A stretch of 64,000 bases of DNA, taken from the NCBI GenBank assembly GCA_964633205.1, contig CAZWFN010000016.1, positions 50 to 64,049 of the forward strand, written 5' to 3'. A model generated the notes under the pieces. That model saw only the letters and a program-made list of their open reading frames with translations, was not told the DNA's origin and did not search any database. Positions 25,083-35,912 of this stretch are shown piece after piece. The position numbers and the translations under genes are program-made. Every line of letters starts with the position of its first letter. The stretch's first letter is position 1. Source of the DNA: an uncultured Myxococcales bacterium. Its GTDB lineage: Bacteria > Myxococcota > B64-G9.

Positions 25083-27926
25083 CTAATGGATTTCGCGGCT
25101 GAGCACAGTGCCCTTGTTGCCGACCGCCCACACCCGGGCCTCGTCGGGCTGCAGCCAGATGCCGTTGAGCCAGTTGCTGGTGCCGGTCTGCTCCAGCGCC
25201 CAGGCGTCGGCGCCATTCGGGGTGCGGCGCAGCACCGCGCCCCCGCTGCCGGCGATCCAGGCCTGGTTGACCGCCGTGCCCCGGCCGTGGATGGCCGTCA
25301 GCTTGCGATCGGCCACGGCGCCGATGGCGATCCGGGTCTGCTCCTCGTTCTGGTGATGCCAGATGCCGCCCCCGGCGCCCACCGCCCAGAAGTCGCTGTC
25401 GCGGGTGCCCCAGACGCTGTAGAGCGCACCGGCGCCCCAGCTGTCCACCCCGCCCCAGGCATCCGCAATGTGGGCGCAGACCAGGGCCTCGGCCTCGCCC
25501 GGCACGTCGAAGCCGACCGCCCGCACCGGTTCGTCGCCGGCGTTGCCCTCCCAGCCGAACACGGCCTGCCAGGCCGGCGACGGGCCGCCGGAGGGGCTGG
25601 CCGTATAGTCACTGCCGTCGTAGTACAAGCGCTGTCCGTCGTCGCCCACCAGGTAGACCGAGTCGCTCGCGGCCGCCCACACGCCGCGCAGGGGCTTGGT
25701 GGCGCCGGTTTCTAGTTGAGCCCAGCTGTCGTCGCTGCGGTGCAAGGCCAGACCGTCGTCCCGGCCACCCACCACCCAGACATCGCCGGCAGACAGCACC
25801 CACACGGCGTGCAGCGGGTCGGCGCCGTCCGGACTGCGCGGATACCATTCCCCCTGCGCCAGGTCGCGCTCCAGTACCACCCCGCCCTGGCCCACCGTCC
25901 AGAAGCTACCCGCCACCCCGTGGCAGGCGCGCAGGTCGGCCGTGGTCAGCGGATCGAACAGGTTGTACCAGTCGCTTCGGTCCCAATCGACCAGGCCGCC
26001 GGCCAGCCCGACCGCCAAGCCGCGCTCCGCGCTGTGGAAGAACACACCGTGCAGGCCGGGCAGCGGTTCGTCCTCGGGCAGCTCCCAGCCTTGTGCCCCG
26101 CGGTGGACCAGGATCTGGCGCTGCGGTTCGCCGTCGGTGTTGCCCACCGCCCAGACATCGTCGGGGCCGGTTCCGCCCAGCGCGTGCAGCGTATGCTCCA
26201 TGCCCTGCTCGGGCTGGCGATCGCGCGTCCACTCGCCCCGCTCCAGCCTACAGACCGTGCCGTCCGCGGCCGCGGCGAAGATGTCGTCCCGGCCGCCGCT
26301 GCCCCACAGCGCGTTGATGTCGCCGCAGCCGGCGGCGTCGAGCAGCTCGGCCCGGCCGGGCTCGAGCCGCAGCAGGTTGCAGCGCACGCTCGAGCCGGCC
26401 GGCGGCGGCTTGACCGCGATCCAGATCTCGCTCGGCTCGCCGCTCCAGATGGCCTGGAACCCATCGCACTCGGGCGGCAGCGCGCCGCTGTCCAAGGGCA
26501 GCGGCACCGGCCGCCAGACGCCGTCGCCCAGCCGGCGCAGCAGGGTGCCGTCCTGGCCCACCACCCAGACGTCGCCGGGGCCGAAGCCGAACACGTCGGT
26601 CAGCAACGCCTGGCTGCCGCTGTTCTCGCGCACCCAGCCGGTGCCGTCGTAGAACAGCACCGTGCCCTCCACCCCGACCGCCCAGACGTGGTGGTCGTCC
26701 GCGCCCCAGACGGCGGTCAGGGGCACCTCGGTCGGGGTGGGCTCGCGCCACCAGGTTCGGAACCCATCGTCCAGGTGGGCGTGCAGCACGCTGCCGGCGG
26801 CGCCGACCGCCCAGGCGTCGCCGCCGGGCGCGATCCAGACGTCGAGCAGATCGTTGCCCTGCGGCAGCGGGTTTTCCCAGCACCAGCCGTCCGGGCTGCA
26901 GATGCGCGCGGCGCAGCCGCTGTCGTCGGCGTCGGTCTGGCCGTCGCAGTCGTTGTCGATGCCGTCGGCACAGGTGTCGGGATCGGTCGCACTGTCCTCG
27001 CGGGCGGTCGGGTGGGCGCTGGCGTCATCGTCGTCGCAGTCGAGACCGCCGCAGGCCTGGTCGAGGTAGCCGTCGCCGTCATGGTCGTGACAGCCGCAGG
27101 CCGGATCCGCGCCGTCGGTCAGCCCGTCGCAGTCGTTGTCCAGCCCGTCGTCGCAGTTGTCCTTGGCCGGTTCCTCCGCCAGGCCGGGGTGGGCGGCGGC
27201 GCTCTGGTCGTTGCAGTCGTCGGCCAGCACGCCGAACTGGGGACAGGCCGCGTCCACGTGGCCGTCTTCGTCCGCGTCCCGCGGCAGACCCACACAGCCG
27301 CCCTGGTGGCAGGTGTCGTTCATGGTGCAGGCATCGCCGTCGTCGCAGTCGCTGCCGTCGGGCGCCGGGCTCCAGTCGAGCCGGTCGTTTGCCGGGGCGC
27401 AGGCCAGGCAAGGCAGATCCGGGTGGGCCGCGCCCGCGGCGTGGCACTGGCCGCCGATCAGGCAGTGGCCCTGGCGCACGGGGTGGTCGCAGCCGCCGGC
27501 CGGCTCCTGGCACTTGTCTTCGGTACACTCCAGCCCGTCGTCGCAGTCGACCGGCTGGCCGGGCCGGCAGGAGCCGGCCGCGCAGCTCTCGGCGCCGTTG
27601 CAGGCCAGCCCGTCGTCGCAATCGGCATCCGCGCTGCAGTCCGCACCCGCCGTGCTGCAGATGCCGTTGATGCATTTGCCCTGACGGCAGTCGTTGCCGG
27701 GCAGGCAGGGGTGGCCCGGATTGCCGTCCTGGCTCAAGAACAGCTCGCAGCCGGATGCGGCCACCACGAGCGCTGCGAACAGACCGAGCAGACCGAGCAG
27801 ACCGACCGGACCGTAGGAACGTGCCGGAACGACGGCTGCAAGTGCAGCGCGCGGTCCGGCCGGGCGGATGAATTGCGGCCGCCGGTCCCTTGCGGGCCGG
27901 CGCGGCGTCGTTGGTGCCGGGCTCAT
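25083..27926 (-). CDS. Large secreted lipoprotein: Cys/Asp-rich calcium-binding-like repeats plus BNR/Ycf48-like beta-propeller repeats
   Basis: Lipobox VVAASGC. DNDCDGLTDGADPAC, CDDGDACTMNDTC. Multiple VWAVG/WVVG-GxxGTVL propeller blades. Confidence 0.55.
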   Translation of the reverse strand: MSPAPTTPRRPARDRRPQFIRPAGPRAALAAVVPARSYGPVGLLGLLGLFAALVVAASGCELFLSQDGNPGHPCLPGNDCRQGKCINGICSTAGADCSADADCDDGLACNGAESCAAGSCRPGQPVDCDDGLECTEDKCQEPAGGCDHPVRQGHCLIGGQCHAAGAAHPDLPCLACAPANDRLDWSPAPDGSDCDDGDACTMNDTCHQGGCVGLPRDADEDGHVDAACPQFGVLADDCNDQSAAAHPGLAEEPAKDNCDDGLDNDCDGLTDGADPACGCHDHDGDGYLDQACGGLDCDDDDASAHPTAREDSATDPDTCADGIDNDCDGQTDADDSGCAARICSPDGWCWENPLPQGNDLLDVWIAPGGDAWAVGAAGSVLHAHLDDGFRTWWREPTPTEVPLTAVWGADDHHVWAVGVEGTVLFYDGTGWVRENSGSQALLTDVFGFGPGDVWVVGQDGTLLRRLGDGVWRPVPLPLDSGALPPECDGFQAIWSGEPSEIWIAVKPPPAGSSVRCNLLRLEPGRAELLDAAGCGDINALWGSGGRDDIFAAAADGTVCRLERGEWTRDRQPEQGMEHTLHALGGTGPDDVWAVGNTDGEPQRQILVHRGAQGWELPEDEPLPGLHGVFFHSAERGLAVGLAGGLVDWDRSDWYNLFDPLTTADLRACHGVAGSFWTVGQGGVVLERDLAQGEWYPRSPDGADPLHAVWVLSAGDVWVVGGRDDGLALHRSDDSWAQLETGATKPLRGVWAAASDSVYLVGDDGQRLYYDGSDYTASPSGGPSPAWQAVFGWEGNAGDEPVRAVGFDVPGEAEALVCAHIADAWGGVDSWGAGALYSVWGTRDSDFWAVGAGGGIWHHQNEEQTRIAIGAVADRKLTAIHGRGTAVNQAWIAGSGGAVLRRTPNGADAWALEQTGTSNWLNGIWLQPDEARVWAVGNKGTVLSREIH

Positions 27927-27927
27927 C

Positions 27928-28851
27928 TCACCAGCTCCCGCCTATGCCCAGCACCAGCCCCTCGCCCCCGGCCGCCGGGGCGACGCCCACCGCGGCCGGC
28001 GGGGCCTGGTCCGGGGCCAGCGCCCAGAGCACGGCGCCGGTGATCATCAGCGCGGCGCCGGCGCCGAAGCCGGCCCACATGACGCCGCTCCAGGTGCGGC
28101 TCTGGTCCCAGCCGTCGAGGTCGCCGCTCTCGTAGTCGCCGGCCGCCTCGCTGGCCATGCCGGCGCCCACGCCGCCCAGCGCGGCCAGCCCGAGCCCGCT
28201 CCAGAAGGTGATGTGGCCCCAGGTGGTCATGGCCGGGGTGGGCGCCGGGGCGGCGGAGGTGACGCTTCCGCCCGCATCGCCGCTGTCGTCCGCCGGCCGG
28301 TCCGCGGCGCCGGCGGTCGCTGCGGCCGCGGCCAGCTCGCTGCCGGCCAGCAGCTCGGCGGCGGCCGCGCCCAGCTCGTCCAGCAGGGCGGCCTGGCCGC
28401 CGCCGACCTTGTGGGCCACCGACCTGGCCACCTCGACCCGTTCCACGTCCATCAGCTTGAGGTTGAGCAGGTAGAGCGCGCCGAAGCGCGAGATGTTGCC
28501 CACCACCACCCAGCGCACGCCCAGCGCGCCGCCGATCTCGGAGATGCAGCCCAGCTCGTCGCAGCCCAGCATGGACTTTTGCTCCTCGAGCCGCAGCATG
28601 GTGGAGATGTCGTGCTTGCCGATCACCCGGTAGCGGCCCCTGCCGCGCAGCTCGGTGGCCAGCATGTCGCCCAGCGCGTCCATCTGCGCCTGCTCCACCC
28701 CGCCCTTGGAGGAGAACTCCATCACCGCGATGGGGATCTTGTCCGGCCGGGCCGCCTCGGCCGCCGCCGCGGTGGCGCCGCCCAGCAAGGCGGCGATCAA
28801 CAAACAGCCGGCTGTGAATGGTCTCCGTTCGATCGAGCACCCGATGCGCAT
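27928..28851 (-). CDS. Hypothetical lipoprotein with a C-terminal Ala/Gly-rich membrane segment
   Basis: ATG 28851 with GGGAGGA RBS. MRIGCSIERRPFTAGCLLIAALLGG signal. No family recognised. Confidence 0.45.
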   Translation of the reverse strand: MRIGCSIERRPFTAGCLLIAALLGGATAAAAEAARPDKIPIAVMEFSSKGGVEQAQMDALGDMLATELRGRGRYRVIGKHDISTMLRLEEQKSMLGCDELGCISEIGGALGVRWVVVGNISRFGALYLLNLKLMDVERVEVARSVAHKVGGGQAALLDELGAAAAELLAGSELAAAAATAGAADRPADDSGDAGGSVTSAAPAPTPAMTTWGHITFWSGLGLAALGGVGAGMASEAAGDYESGDLDGWDQSRTWSGVMWAGFGAGAALMITGAVLWALAPDQAPPAAVGVAPAAGGEGLVLGIGGSW

Positions 28852-28960
28852 GCGTCCTCCCGCGTGGAATTCCACCCCCGCCCCGACCCCATCGAGAATA
28901 GCCGTTCGCCCGCCGGCTGGCAATCGCGTCGCTGGCCACCGGGCCCGCCGCTGGAGTCGT

Positions 28961-30025
28961 TCACTCCTCCAGCACGGTCTCGATCCAGCCGCCGCCGATC
29001 AGGGTCTGGTCGCGGTAGCAGACCGCGGCCTGGCCGGGGGTGATGGCGCTCTGGGGCCGGTCGAAGGTGATGCGGGCGCGGCCGTCGGGCTCGAGCTGGT
29101 AGCGGGCCGGGGCGGGGCGGTGGCGCGAGCGGATCTGGACCTGGCAGCGGCCGCTGCGGCGGTCGGCGCAGGCCGGGTGCAGGCGGAAGCCGGCGGCGCG
29201 CAGGCCGTGGGCTGCGAGCCGGCGCGCGTCGCGGGTCAGCTCGATGCGCGCGCCGGCGGCGTCGATGGCGCGCACCCAGGCGCGGCTGCCCAGCGCCAGA
29301 CCCAGCCCGCGGCGCTGGCCCACGGTGTAGCGGTGGATGCCCGGGTGGCGGCCGATCTCGGCGCCGTGTTCGTCCACCACCGGCCCCGGCCGGGCCGCTG
29401 CGCCGAAGCGCTGCCGCAGCGCCTCGGGGAAGGTGCCGGCGTCGGCCGCCAGGCAGGCGTCCTGGCTCTCGGCCGCGGCCGCGGCCGGCAGCCCGCGGGC
29501 GGCGGCGGCGGCGCGCACCGCGGCCTTGGTGGTATCGCCGATCGGCAGCCGCAGCCGCTCGAGCTGCTCGGGCGCGAGGGCGAACAGGAAGTAGGACTGA
29601 TCCTTGACCGCGTCGCGGCCGCGCAGCAGCACCGCTCGGCCGCCGGCGCGGCCGATGCGGGCGTGGTGGCCGGTGGCCAGCCAGCGGGCGCCGCCGGCGT
29701 CGGCCGCGGCCAGCAAGCGGGCGAACTTCAGCCGCGGGTTGCACCAGGTGCAGGGGTTGGGCGTGCGGCCGGCCCGGTAGGCCTCCCAGCAGGGCCGCAG
29801 CACCTCCTGCTCGAAGGCCCGGCGCACGTCGAGCACCTGGTGGTCGATGCCGAGCGCCGCTGCCACCGCGGCCGCCTCTGCCATGGCCGCTCGGGCCGCG
29901 GGCCCGTCGTCGAGCAGCAGGCTGGCGCCGCTGACCCGCAGGCCCTGCTCGCACAGCAGGGCCGCGGCCAGGGCCGAGTCCACCCCGCCGCTCAGCGCCA
30001 CCAGCACCCCGCGTTCAGCCGTCAT
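28961..30025 (-). CDS. mnmA: tRNA-specific 2-thiouridylase MnmA
   Basis: VLVALSGGVDSALAAALL (PP-loop), NPCTWCNPRLKFARLL, KDQSYFLFAL, catalytic Cys region. Confidence 0.85.
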   Translation of the reverse strand: MTAERGVLVALSGGVDSALAAALLCEQGLRVSGASLLLDDGPAARAAMAEAAAVAAALGIDHQVLDVRRAFEQEVLRPCWEAYRAGRTPNPCTWCNPRLKFARLLAAADAGGARWLATGHHARIGRAGGRAVLLRGRDAVKDQSYFLFALAPEQLERLRLPIGDTTKAAVRAAAAARGLPAAAAAESQDACLAADAGTFPEALRQRFGAAARPGPVVDEHGAEIGRHPGIHRYTVGQRRGLGLALGSRAWVRAIDAAGARIELTRDARRLAAHGLRAAGFRLHPACADRRSGRCQVQIRSRHRPAPARYQLEPDGRARITFDRPQSAITPGQAAVCYRDQTLIGGGWIETVLEE

Positions 30026-30824
30026 CGTCCAGATCCAGCACCTCGTCGGCCGCGCCGGAGCGCAGCCCGGCCAGGTCGAGCGCGGCATAGGTGTAGCCGG
30101 CCCGGAGCAACGCCTCGCGCAGGACCCGGCGCTGCTGCAGCGCCCGGTCCAGCTGCGCGGCCTCGAGCTCCACCAGGCCCAGCGGCCCGTGGTCGCGCAC
30201 CCGCAGCGGGCCGAAGCCCAGCCCGGCCACGGCGGCCTCGGCCCGGGCCACCCGCGCCAGCCGGGCCGGCTCCAGCGGCTGCTGGTAGGGGATGCGGGTG
30301 GCCAGGCAGGCGGCCGCCGGCCGGTCCCAGTTGGCCAGCCCGGCGGCCCGGGCCAGCCGGCGCACCGCGGCCTTGTCCAGGCCCAGCTCCTCCAGCGGGG
30401 CGCGCACGCCCAGCGCGTCGCGGGCGGCCATGCCCGGCCGATACTGCCGGCGGTCGTCGGCGTTGCCGCCGTCGAGCACCAGCGCCAGGCCCTGCTCGCG
30501 GGCCAGCGCGCACAGGGCGCTGTAGCGCAGCTGCTTGCAGTGGTAGCAGCGATCCGGCGCGTTGCGCCGCACCCGCTCGTCGGCCAGCTCGTCCAGATCC
30601 GCGAACTGGAAGCGGGCGCCCAGCGCCCGCGCCAGGGCCGCGGCGGCAGCGGCCTCGTCCGGCGCCTGCAGCGGCGAGCGCACGGTCACGGCCAGGCAGC
30701 CATCGCCCAGCGCCTCCACCGCCGTGGCCAGCAGCAGGCTGGAATCCACCCCGCCCGAGAAGGCCACCAGGGCGCTGTCCCAGCGGCGCAGCCAGGCGAT
30801 CAGGCGCTGGTGTTCGTCGGGCAT
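30015..30824 (-). CDS. LarE-family PP-loop ATPase (ATP-dependent sulfur transferase, TIGR00268-like)
   Basis: ALVAFSGGVDSS, PDRCYHCK, VLDGGNADDRRQYRPG, AACLATRIPY align to LarE motifs VAFSGGIDS, PDSWYYAK, VLDGxNxDDxxDYRPG, ASCSVSSRFPY. Confidence 0.75.
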   Translation of the reverse strand: MPDEHQRLIAWLRRWDSALVAFSGGVDSSLLLATAVEALGDGCLAVTVRSPLQAPDEAAAAAALARALGARFQFADLDELADERVRRNAPDRCYHCKQLRYSALCALAREQGLALVLDGGNADDRRQYRPGMAARDALGVRAPLEELGLDKAAVRRLARAAGLANWDRPAAACLATRIPYQQPLEPARLARVARAEAAVAGLGFGPLRVRDHGPLGLVELEAAQLDRALQQRRVLREALLRAGYTYAALDLAGLRSGAADEVLDLDDDG

Positions 30825-30851
30825 GGGCGGCGTCGCCTCCCCGGCGCCGGT

Positions 30852-31789
30852 TCAGATCCCGGCGCCGCCCTCGAAGTGCTCGCGCCGGGCCCCGGCCTGG
30901 GTCACCCGGCTGCCGGCCGGCAGGTCCTGGGTCAGCCAGACGTTGCCGCCCACCACCGAGCCGGCGCCGAGGCGCACCCGGCCCAGGATGGTGGCGCCGG
31001 AGTAGATGATCACGTCGTCCTCGACGATGGGATGGCGGGCCACGCCCTTGATCGGCTGGCCGTGCTCGTCGAGCGGGAAGCTCTTGGCCCCCAGGGTCAC
31101 GCCCTGGTAGATGCGCACCCGGTCGCCGATGTGGCAGGTCTCGCCGATCACCACCCCGGTGCCGTGGTCGATGAAGAAGTGCTCGCCGATGTGGGCGCCG
31201 GGATGGATGTCGATGCCGGTCTGGCTGTGGGCGTGCTCGGTGACGATGCGCGGGATCAGCGGCACATCGAGGTGGTGGAGCTCGTGGGCCAGCCGGTAGT
31301 TGGTGATGGCCAGGATGCCCGGGTAGGCGAAGATGGCCTCGTCGTGGCTGCTGGCCGCCGGATCGCCCTCGTAGGCCGCGCGCACGTCGGTGGCCAGCAG
31401 GCGCTGTACGTCCGGCAGGCGGGCGACGAACTGCCGGGTCACCGCCCGGGCGTCCTTGTCGCAGCTGGGGCAATAGGTGGGATCCTCGTCGCAAACGAAA
31501 CACAGGCCGCGCTGGATCTGCTGCTCGAGCACCCGCAGCACCTCGTCGAGGTTGGCGCCGACGTGGAAGCGCATGGTCTCGTCGGTCAGGTCCGAGGTGC
31601 CGAAGTAGCCCGGAAACAGCACCGCCCGCAGCTGCTCGATCACCTGCTCCAGCACCTGGCGCGAAGGCAGGATGCGCCGGCAGTTGGCCGTGCGGCTGCG
31701 GCGGGTCAGGATGTCGCCGCTGGTGCACAGCCGCTCGACCACCTCGCTCAAGATGGGCTGGACCTCGGGTGACAGGGGCCTGGCGCCGG

Positions 31790-31793
<4 letters not shown>
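30852..31793 (-). CDS. cysE: Serine O-acetyltransferase CysE (long form)
   Basis: [49 protein letters not shown] hexapeptide repeats. GTG start overlaps the cysK stop (GTGA). Confidence 0.8.
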
Positions 31794-32743
<950 letters not shown>

Positions 32744-32813
32744 CCCCTTCCAGGCCGCGGGCGGTCGTCCCCGACCATGGTTCGTGGTACCCCGGGTCCC
32801 CGCCGAGCGCCGC

Positions 32814-33254
32814 TCAGATGTAGTACATCGGCGGCTCCTCGGTCTTGGCCCGCTGCCGGTCGGCCAGCTGCTGCAGGTCGAGCCCGGCCATGACCTGCTG
32901 CAGCGCCCGGCCCATCTCGATCCACACCCCGCGGGCCACGCAGTGCTGCTGGCGGTCGCAGGCGGCGTCGCCGGCGGTGCAGTCGACCAGGTCCAGCGGG
33001 CCCTCCAGCACCCGGATCACCTGCTCGACGTTGATGGTGGCCGGTTCCCGGGTCAGCTCGAAGCCGCCGCCGGCGCCGCGGGTGGCGCGCACCAGCCCGG
33101 CGGTCTTGAGCCCGGTCAGCAGGTTGTACAGGTACTTGCGCGACACGGCGGTGCAGCGGGCGATGGTGTCCATCATCACCGGCCCCTGGCCGTGGCGCAG
33201 GGCCAGCTCGATCATCACCCGCAGCCCGTAGCGGCCCTTGGTCGAGACCTTCAT
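32814..33254 (-). CDS. Rrf2-family transcriptional regulator (IscR/CymR-like) with three clustered Cys
   Basis: [18 protein letters not shown] w[17 protein letters not shown] gives Cys spacing C-x6-C-x5-C. Confidence 0.8.
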   Translation of the reverse strand: MKVSTKGRYGLRVMIELALRHGQGPVMMDTIARCTAVSRKYLYNLLTGLKTAGLVRATRGAGGGFELTREPATINVEQVIRVLEGPLDLVDCTAGDAACDRQQHCVARGVWIEMGRALQQVMAGLDLQQLADRQRAKTEEPPMYYI

Positions 33255-33484
33255 CCGCCGCGGGCCCGCTTCCAGATGGCCACCAGCGAGTCGGCGCCGA
33301 AGTGCAGCTGCACCAGCTCCCAGCCGGCGCGGCCGCGCTCGTTGAGCAGCTCGGCCACGCCGCCCATCTCGTCGTCGGGCACCTCGCGGGCGTCGCACTG
33401 GCCCGCGCCCTGGCCGCAAAAGTAGACCAGCTTGCTGAACTGCTGCGCCGGATGTCGGGTGATCGTGTACTCGAACTCGCTCAT
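33251..33484 (-). CDS. DUF4177-like small protein
   Basis: MSEFEYTI...LNERGRAGWELVQL...AIWKRARGG matches the DUF4177 pattern (WEYK...LNxxGxxGWELV...FKR). Overlaps the Rrf2 start. Confidence 0.5.
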   Translation of the reverse strand: MSEFEYTITRHPAQQFSKLVYFCGQGAGQCDAREVPDDEMGGVAELLNERGRAGWELVQLHFGADSLVAIWKRARGG

Positions 33485-33502
33485 CTTCGCCTCTCCTCGG
33501 GC

Positions 33503-33736
33503 TCAGCCGCCGCCGGCCAGCAGCACGAACTGCACGTCGTCGCCCGGCTGCAGCCGGGTCCCCGGGCCGCTGCGCCGGCCGTTGACCACCGCGCTGATGC
33601 GGCGCAGATCCTCTGCCGCGTAACCCAGCGAGTCCAGCAACTGCTCGACGGTGGTCTCAGCGGCGACCTCCAGCCGGCGGCTGTTCTCCGGCCAGGGGCG
33701 CCGAATGGGACCGAAGAAGCTGACGCTCAGCTCCAT
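33503..33736 (-). CDS. ThiS/MoaD-like ubiquitin-fold sulfur-carrier protein ending in Gly-Gly
   Basis: 77 aa, ...VNGRRSGPGTRLQPGDDVQFVLLAGGG with C-terminal GG. First gene of the cysK-cysE-larE-mnmA operon. Confidence 0.6.
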   Translation of the reverse strand: MELSVSFFGPIRRPWPENSRRLEVAAETTVEQLLDSLGYAAEDLRRISAVVNGRRSGPGTRLQPGDDVQFVLLAGGG

Positions 33737-33868
33737 CGAATCCTCCCTTGTCCACCAACTTACTTAACTACTAAACCCCCGGCAGTCAATCACCGCCGCA
33801 CCCGCCCGCCGCCCAGCAGGGCGCCGCCCCGAGTCACCAAACCGACAGACCCCCGCCAACTCAATCCC

Positions 33869-33928
33869 TTACACCTCCAGCGGGTGGGGAGGTGTAATTG
33901 TCGCCGCTGGGCAGGTGTAATTGTCGCC
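33869..33928. promoter_or_regulatory. Perfect 10-bp inverted repeat TTACACCTCC-N10-GGAGGTGTAA followed by a tandem direct repeat AGGTGTAATTGTCGCC x2, in an AT-rich 570-bp intergenic region upstream of the sulfur operon
   Basis: Read directly at 33869-33898 (palindrome) and 33890-33905 / 33913-33928 (direct repeats). Local AT content is far above the 70% GC background. Confidence 0.4.
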
Positions 33929-34306
33929 AGGCACTCTACTGGCCGGCCGCCCGGCAGCAAGCGAAGATCCAGCCGTCCCAATCCCAGCTCGACCCCGAGA
34001 AGAGCACCTCTTCAAGAAACGAAAAACGCAGGAAGCGAAGCGCAGGACTCCTCGAAAAGCGAGGACCCCAGAAGAAGAGAAGCTGATATTCCTGCGCAAA
34101 ATCAGACAACTAAACACACCCCCCCTTCCGGAGGGTGTCGATGAATCCGACATGACGTGACCCGTTCGCAATCAGGCATTCGGTCCATACTGTCTACGGA
34201 TTGATCCACATGGCCCGTTTCTCGACACCTTCTTCGGGCGAGGGAAATCCGGACTAGCCGAAGTCGTCTCGCTGCGCCCCCGGGCGGTCTTTGCGAAAAG
34301 GGCGGG

Positions 34307-35182
34307 CTACCAGTAGGGCTGCTCCGTCAGCGGCGGGCTGGCGCCGTAGGCCCAGGCGGCGGCCGCGGCCAGCGGCAGCAACACGGCGCCGGCGCTCACC
34401 AGGGCCGATTGCCAGGCCGCCAGTCGCTGGACGCGGCCGAGCCGGCCCACCAGGGCCAACCAGGGTGCCACGAACAGCAGCACCAGGCTGCCCGCGGGCA
34501 CATCGGCATACAAGGTGCCGTTGAGCCACAGGCCGGCCAGGGCGATGACCAGCGGCCCGATGGCACCGTGGGCCAGGCTGAGGCGGGGTTGCACCAGGGC
34601 GATGACCAGGGCGGCGCCGACCGCCGCTGCCAGCGCCCCGCCGAGTTGGCCCTGCGAGGCACTGCCCGACAGGGCCAGCACCAGGGCGCTGCCACCGGCC
34701 AGCACGGCCAGCAGCAGCGGCATGGCCGCGCCCGCCCGGCGCCGGGCCTGCGCTTCGAGCAGCGACCAGGCGCCGAACACCCCGATTGCGGCCGCCCCGA
34801 TCACCGCCAGCGCCTCCACGGTCGACCAGCTGCTGCGCCACAGGGGCAGCGCCAAGAGCGCGGGCAGCGCCAGCGACAAAGCCGCCCGCCAGCTCCAGCG
34901 CATCCAGGCCGGCGGTCGCTGCAGGGCCTCGACCAGGCCTCCCAGCACGGCGGCCGCGACCAACACGGCCAGCCAGTCGGAGGCCTGTAGCGGGGGCAAG
35001 GCGATGCCGATGATGGCGGTCTGAGACGCCAACCAGGCGCCGCCCAGCGCCAGCGGGCCAGCGGCCGCGGCGGCGGCATCGGGCTCGAGCGCCCGCTTCC
35101 AGGGACGCCAACCCAGCAGCAGGATCAGGCCGGCTGCGCCGGCTGGCAGCAGCAGGCCCCGGAAGATGACGGCGCTGAGCAC
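34307..35182 (-). CDS. Hypothetical polytopic membrane protein
   Basis: Hydrophobic Ala/Leu-rich 291-aa ORF with about 8 predicted TM stretches. Chosen over the overlapping Arg-rich frame 34254-35111. Confidence 0.35.
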   Translation of the reverse strand: MLSAVIFRGLLLPAGAAGLILLLGWRPWKRALEPDAAAAAAGPLALGGAWLASQTAIIGIALPPLQASDWLAVLVAAAVLGGLVEALQRPPAWMRWSWRAALSLALPALLALPLWRSSWSTVEALAVIGAAAIGVFGAWSLLEAQARRRAGAAMPLLLAVLAGGSALVLALSGSASQGQLGGALAAAVGAALVIALVQPRLSLAHGAIGPLVIALAGLWLNGTLYADVPAGSLVLLFVAPWLALVGRLGRVQRLAAWQSALVSAGAVLLPLAAAAAWAYGASPPLTEQPYW

Positions 35183-35186
35183 GGCC

Positions 35187-35753
35187 CTAGTCCTTCTTGC
35201 CTTCGACCAGGATCAGCAGCTCGACCTCGTCGCCCAGTGGCCCGACCATGAACTTCATGCCCCAGTCGGAGCGCTTCAGGGTGAAACGGGCCTCGAAGCC
35301 GACCAGATCGCCCTGGCTGCCGGTGTGGGTCGCCTGGGCGGTCACGCTGGCGGTGCGCCCGAGCAGGGTCAGCTCGCCGGTCACCTCGGCGCTGTTCTCG
35401 CCGGTGCGCTCGACCGCGGTCGAGCGGAAATTGATGGTGGGGAACTGCTTGGCGTTGAGGAAGTCGGGGCTGCGCAGATGCTGGTCGCGCTTGTCGAAGC
35501 CCGTGTTCACGCTGGCGGCTTGCACCGTGACCTGGATGCTGGAGTTCTCGGGCGCCTGGCGATCGAGGTCGATCGAACCCGAGAAGTCGTCGAAACGGCC
35601 GAACACGTAGCCAGCACCCTTGTGCTGGACCTTGAGGTGGATGGAAGAGTGGATCTTGTCCAGGGTGTATTTTTCGGCGGCCCGGGCCGGCTGGACCAGG
35701 CCAGCGGCTGCCAGGGCGAATCCGAACAGGATGGCAAAGGTCTTGGTCTTCAT
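35187..35753 (-). CDS. YceI-family periplasmic polyisoprenoid-binding protein
   Basis: MKTKTFAILFGFALAAAGLVQPARAAEKYTLDKIHSSIHLKVQH...FDKRDQHLRSPDFL is the YceI signature. Confidence 0.75.
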   Translation of the reverse strand: MKTKTFAILFGFALAAAGLVQPARAAEKYTLDKIHSSIHLKVQHKGAGYVFGRFDDFSGSIDLDRQAPENSSIQVTVQAASVNTGFDKRDQHLRSPDFLNAKQFPTINFRSTAVERTGENSAEVTGELTLLGRTASVTAQATHTGSQGDLVGFEARFTLKRSDWGMKFMVGPLGDEVELLILVEGKKD

Positions 35754-35912
35754 GGTCAGGCTCCCCTCGACGGCTCGTTTGGCGTCTTGTTCGTCTCCTG
35801 GGCCGTCTCCTGGGCTGGTGGTCGCGCCGGGTGCAAAAATCTTACAACCCGGCATTAAGTGCACGGAAACCAACAGATTGCGCGACCTGGCGGGACGGTG
35901 TACAGTGGCGGA

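Noticed and set aside
27868-31772. Plus-strand ORFs (27868-29043, 28655-31009, 29847-31772) across the mnmA/larE/cysE region
   Set aside because: They are antisense shadows. The minus-strand frames give textbook MnmA, LarE-like and CysE sequences.
33898-34160. Two overlapping Lys/Arg/Glu-rich small ORFs in the AT-rich intergenic region
   Set aside because: Low-complexity basic peptides without an RBS, in a region better explained as regulatory or non-coding.
34254-35111. 285-aa Arg-rich minus-strand ORF
   Set aside because: It overlaps the hydrophobic-membrane-protein frame 34307-35182. Its composition is non-protein-like.
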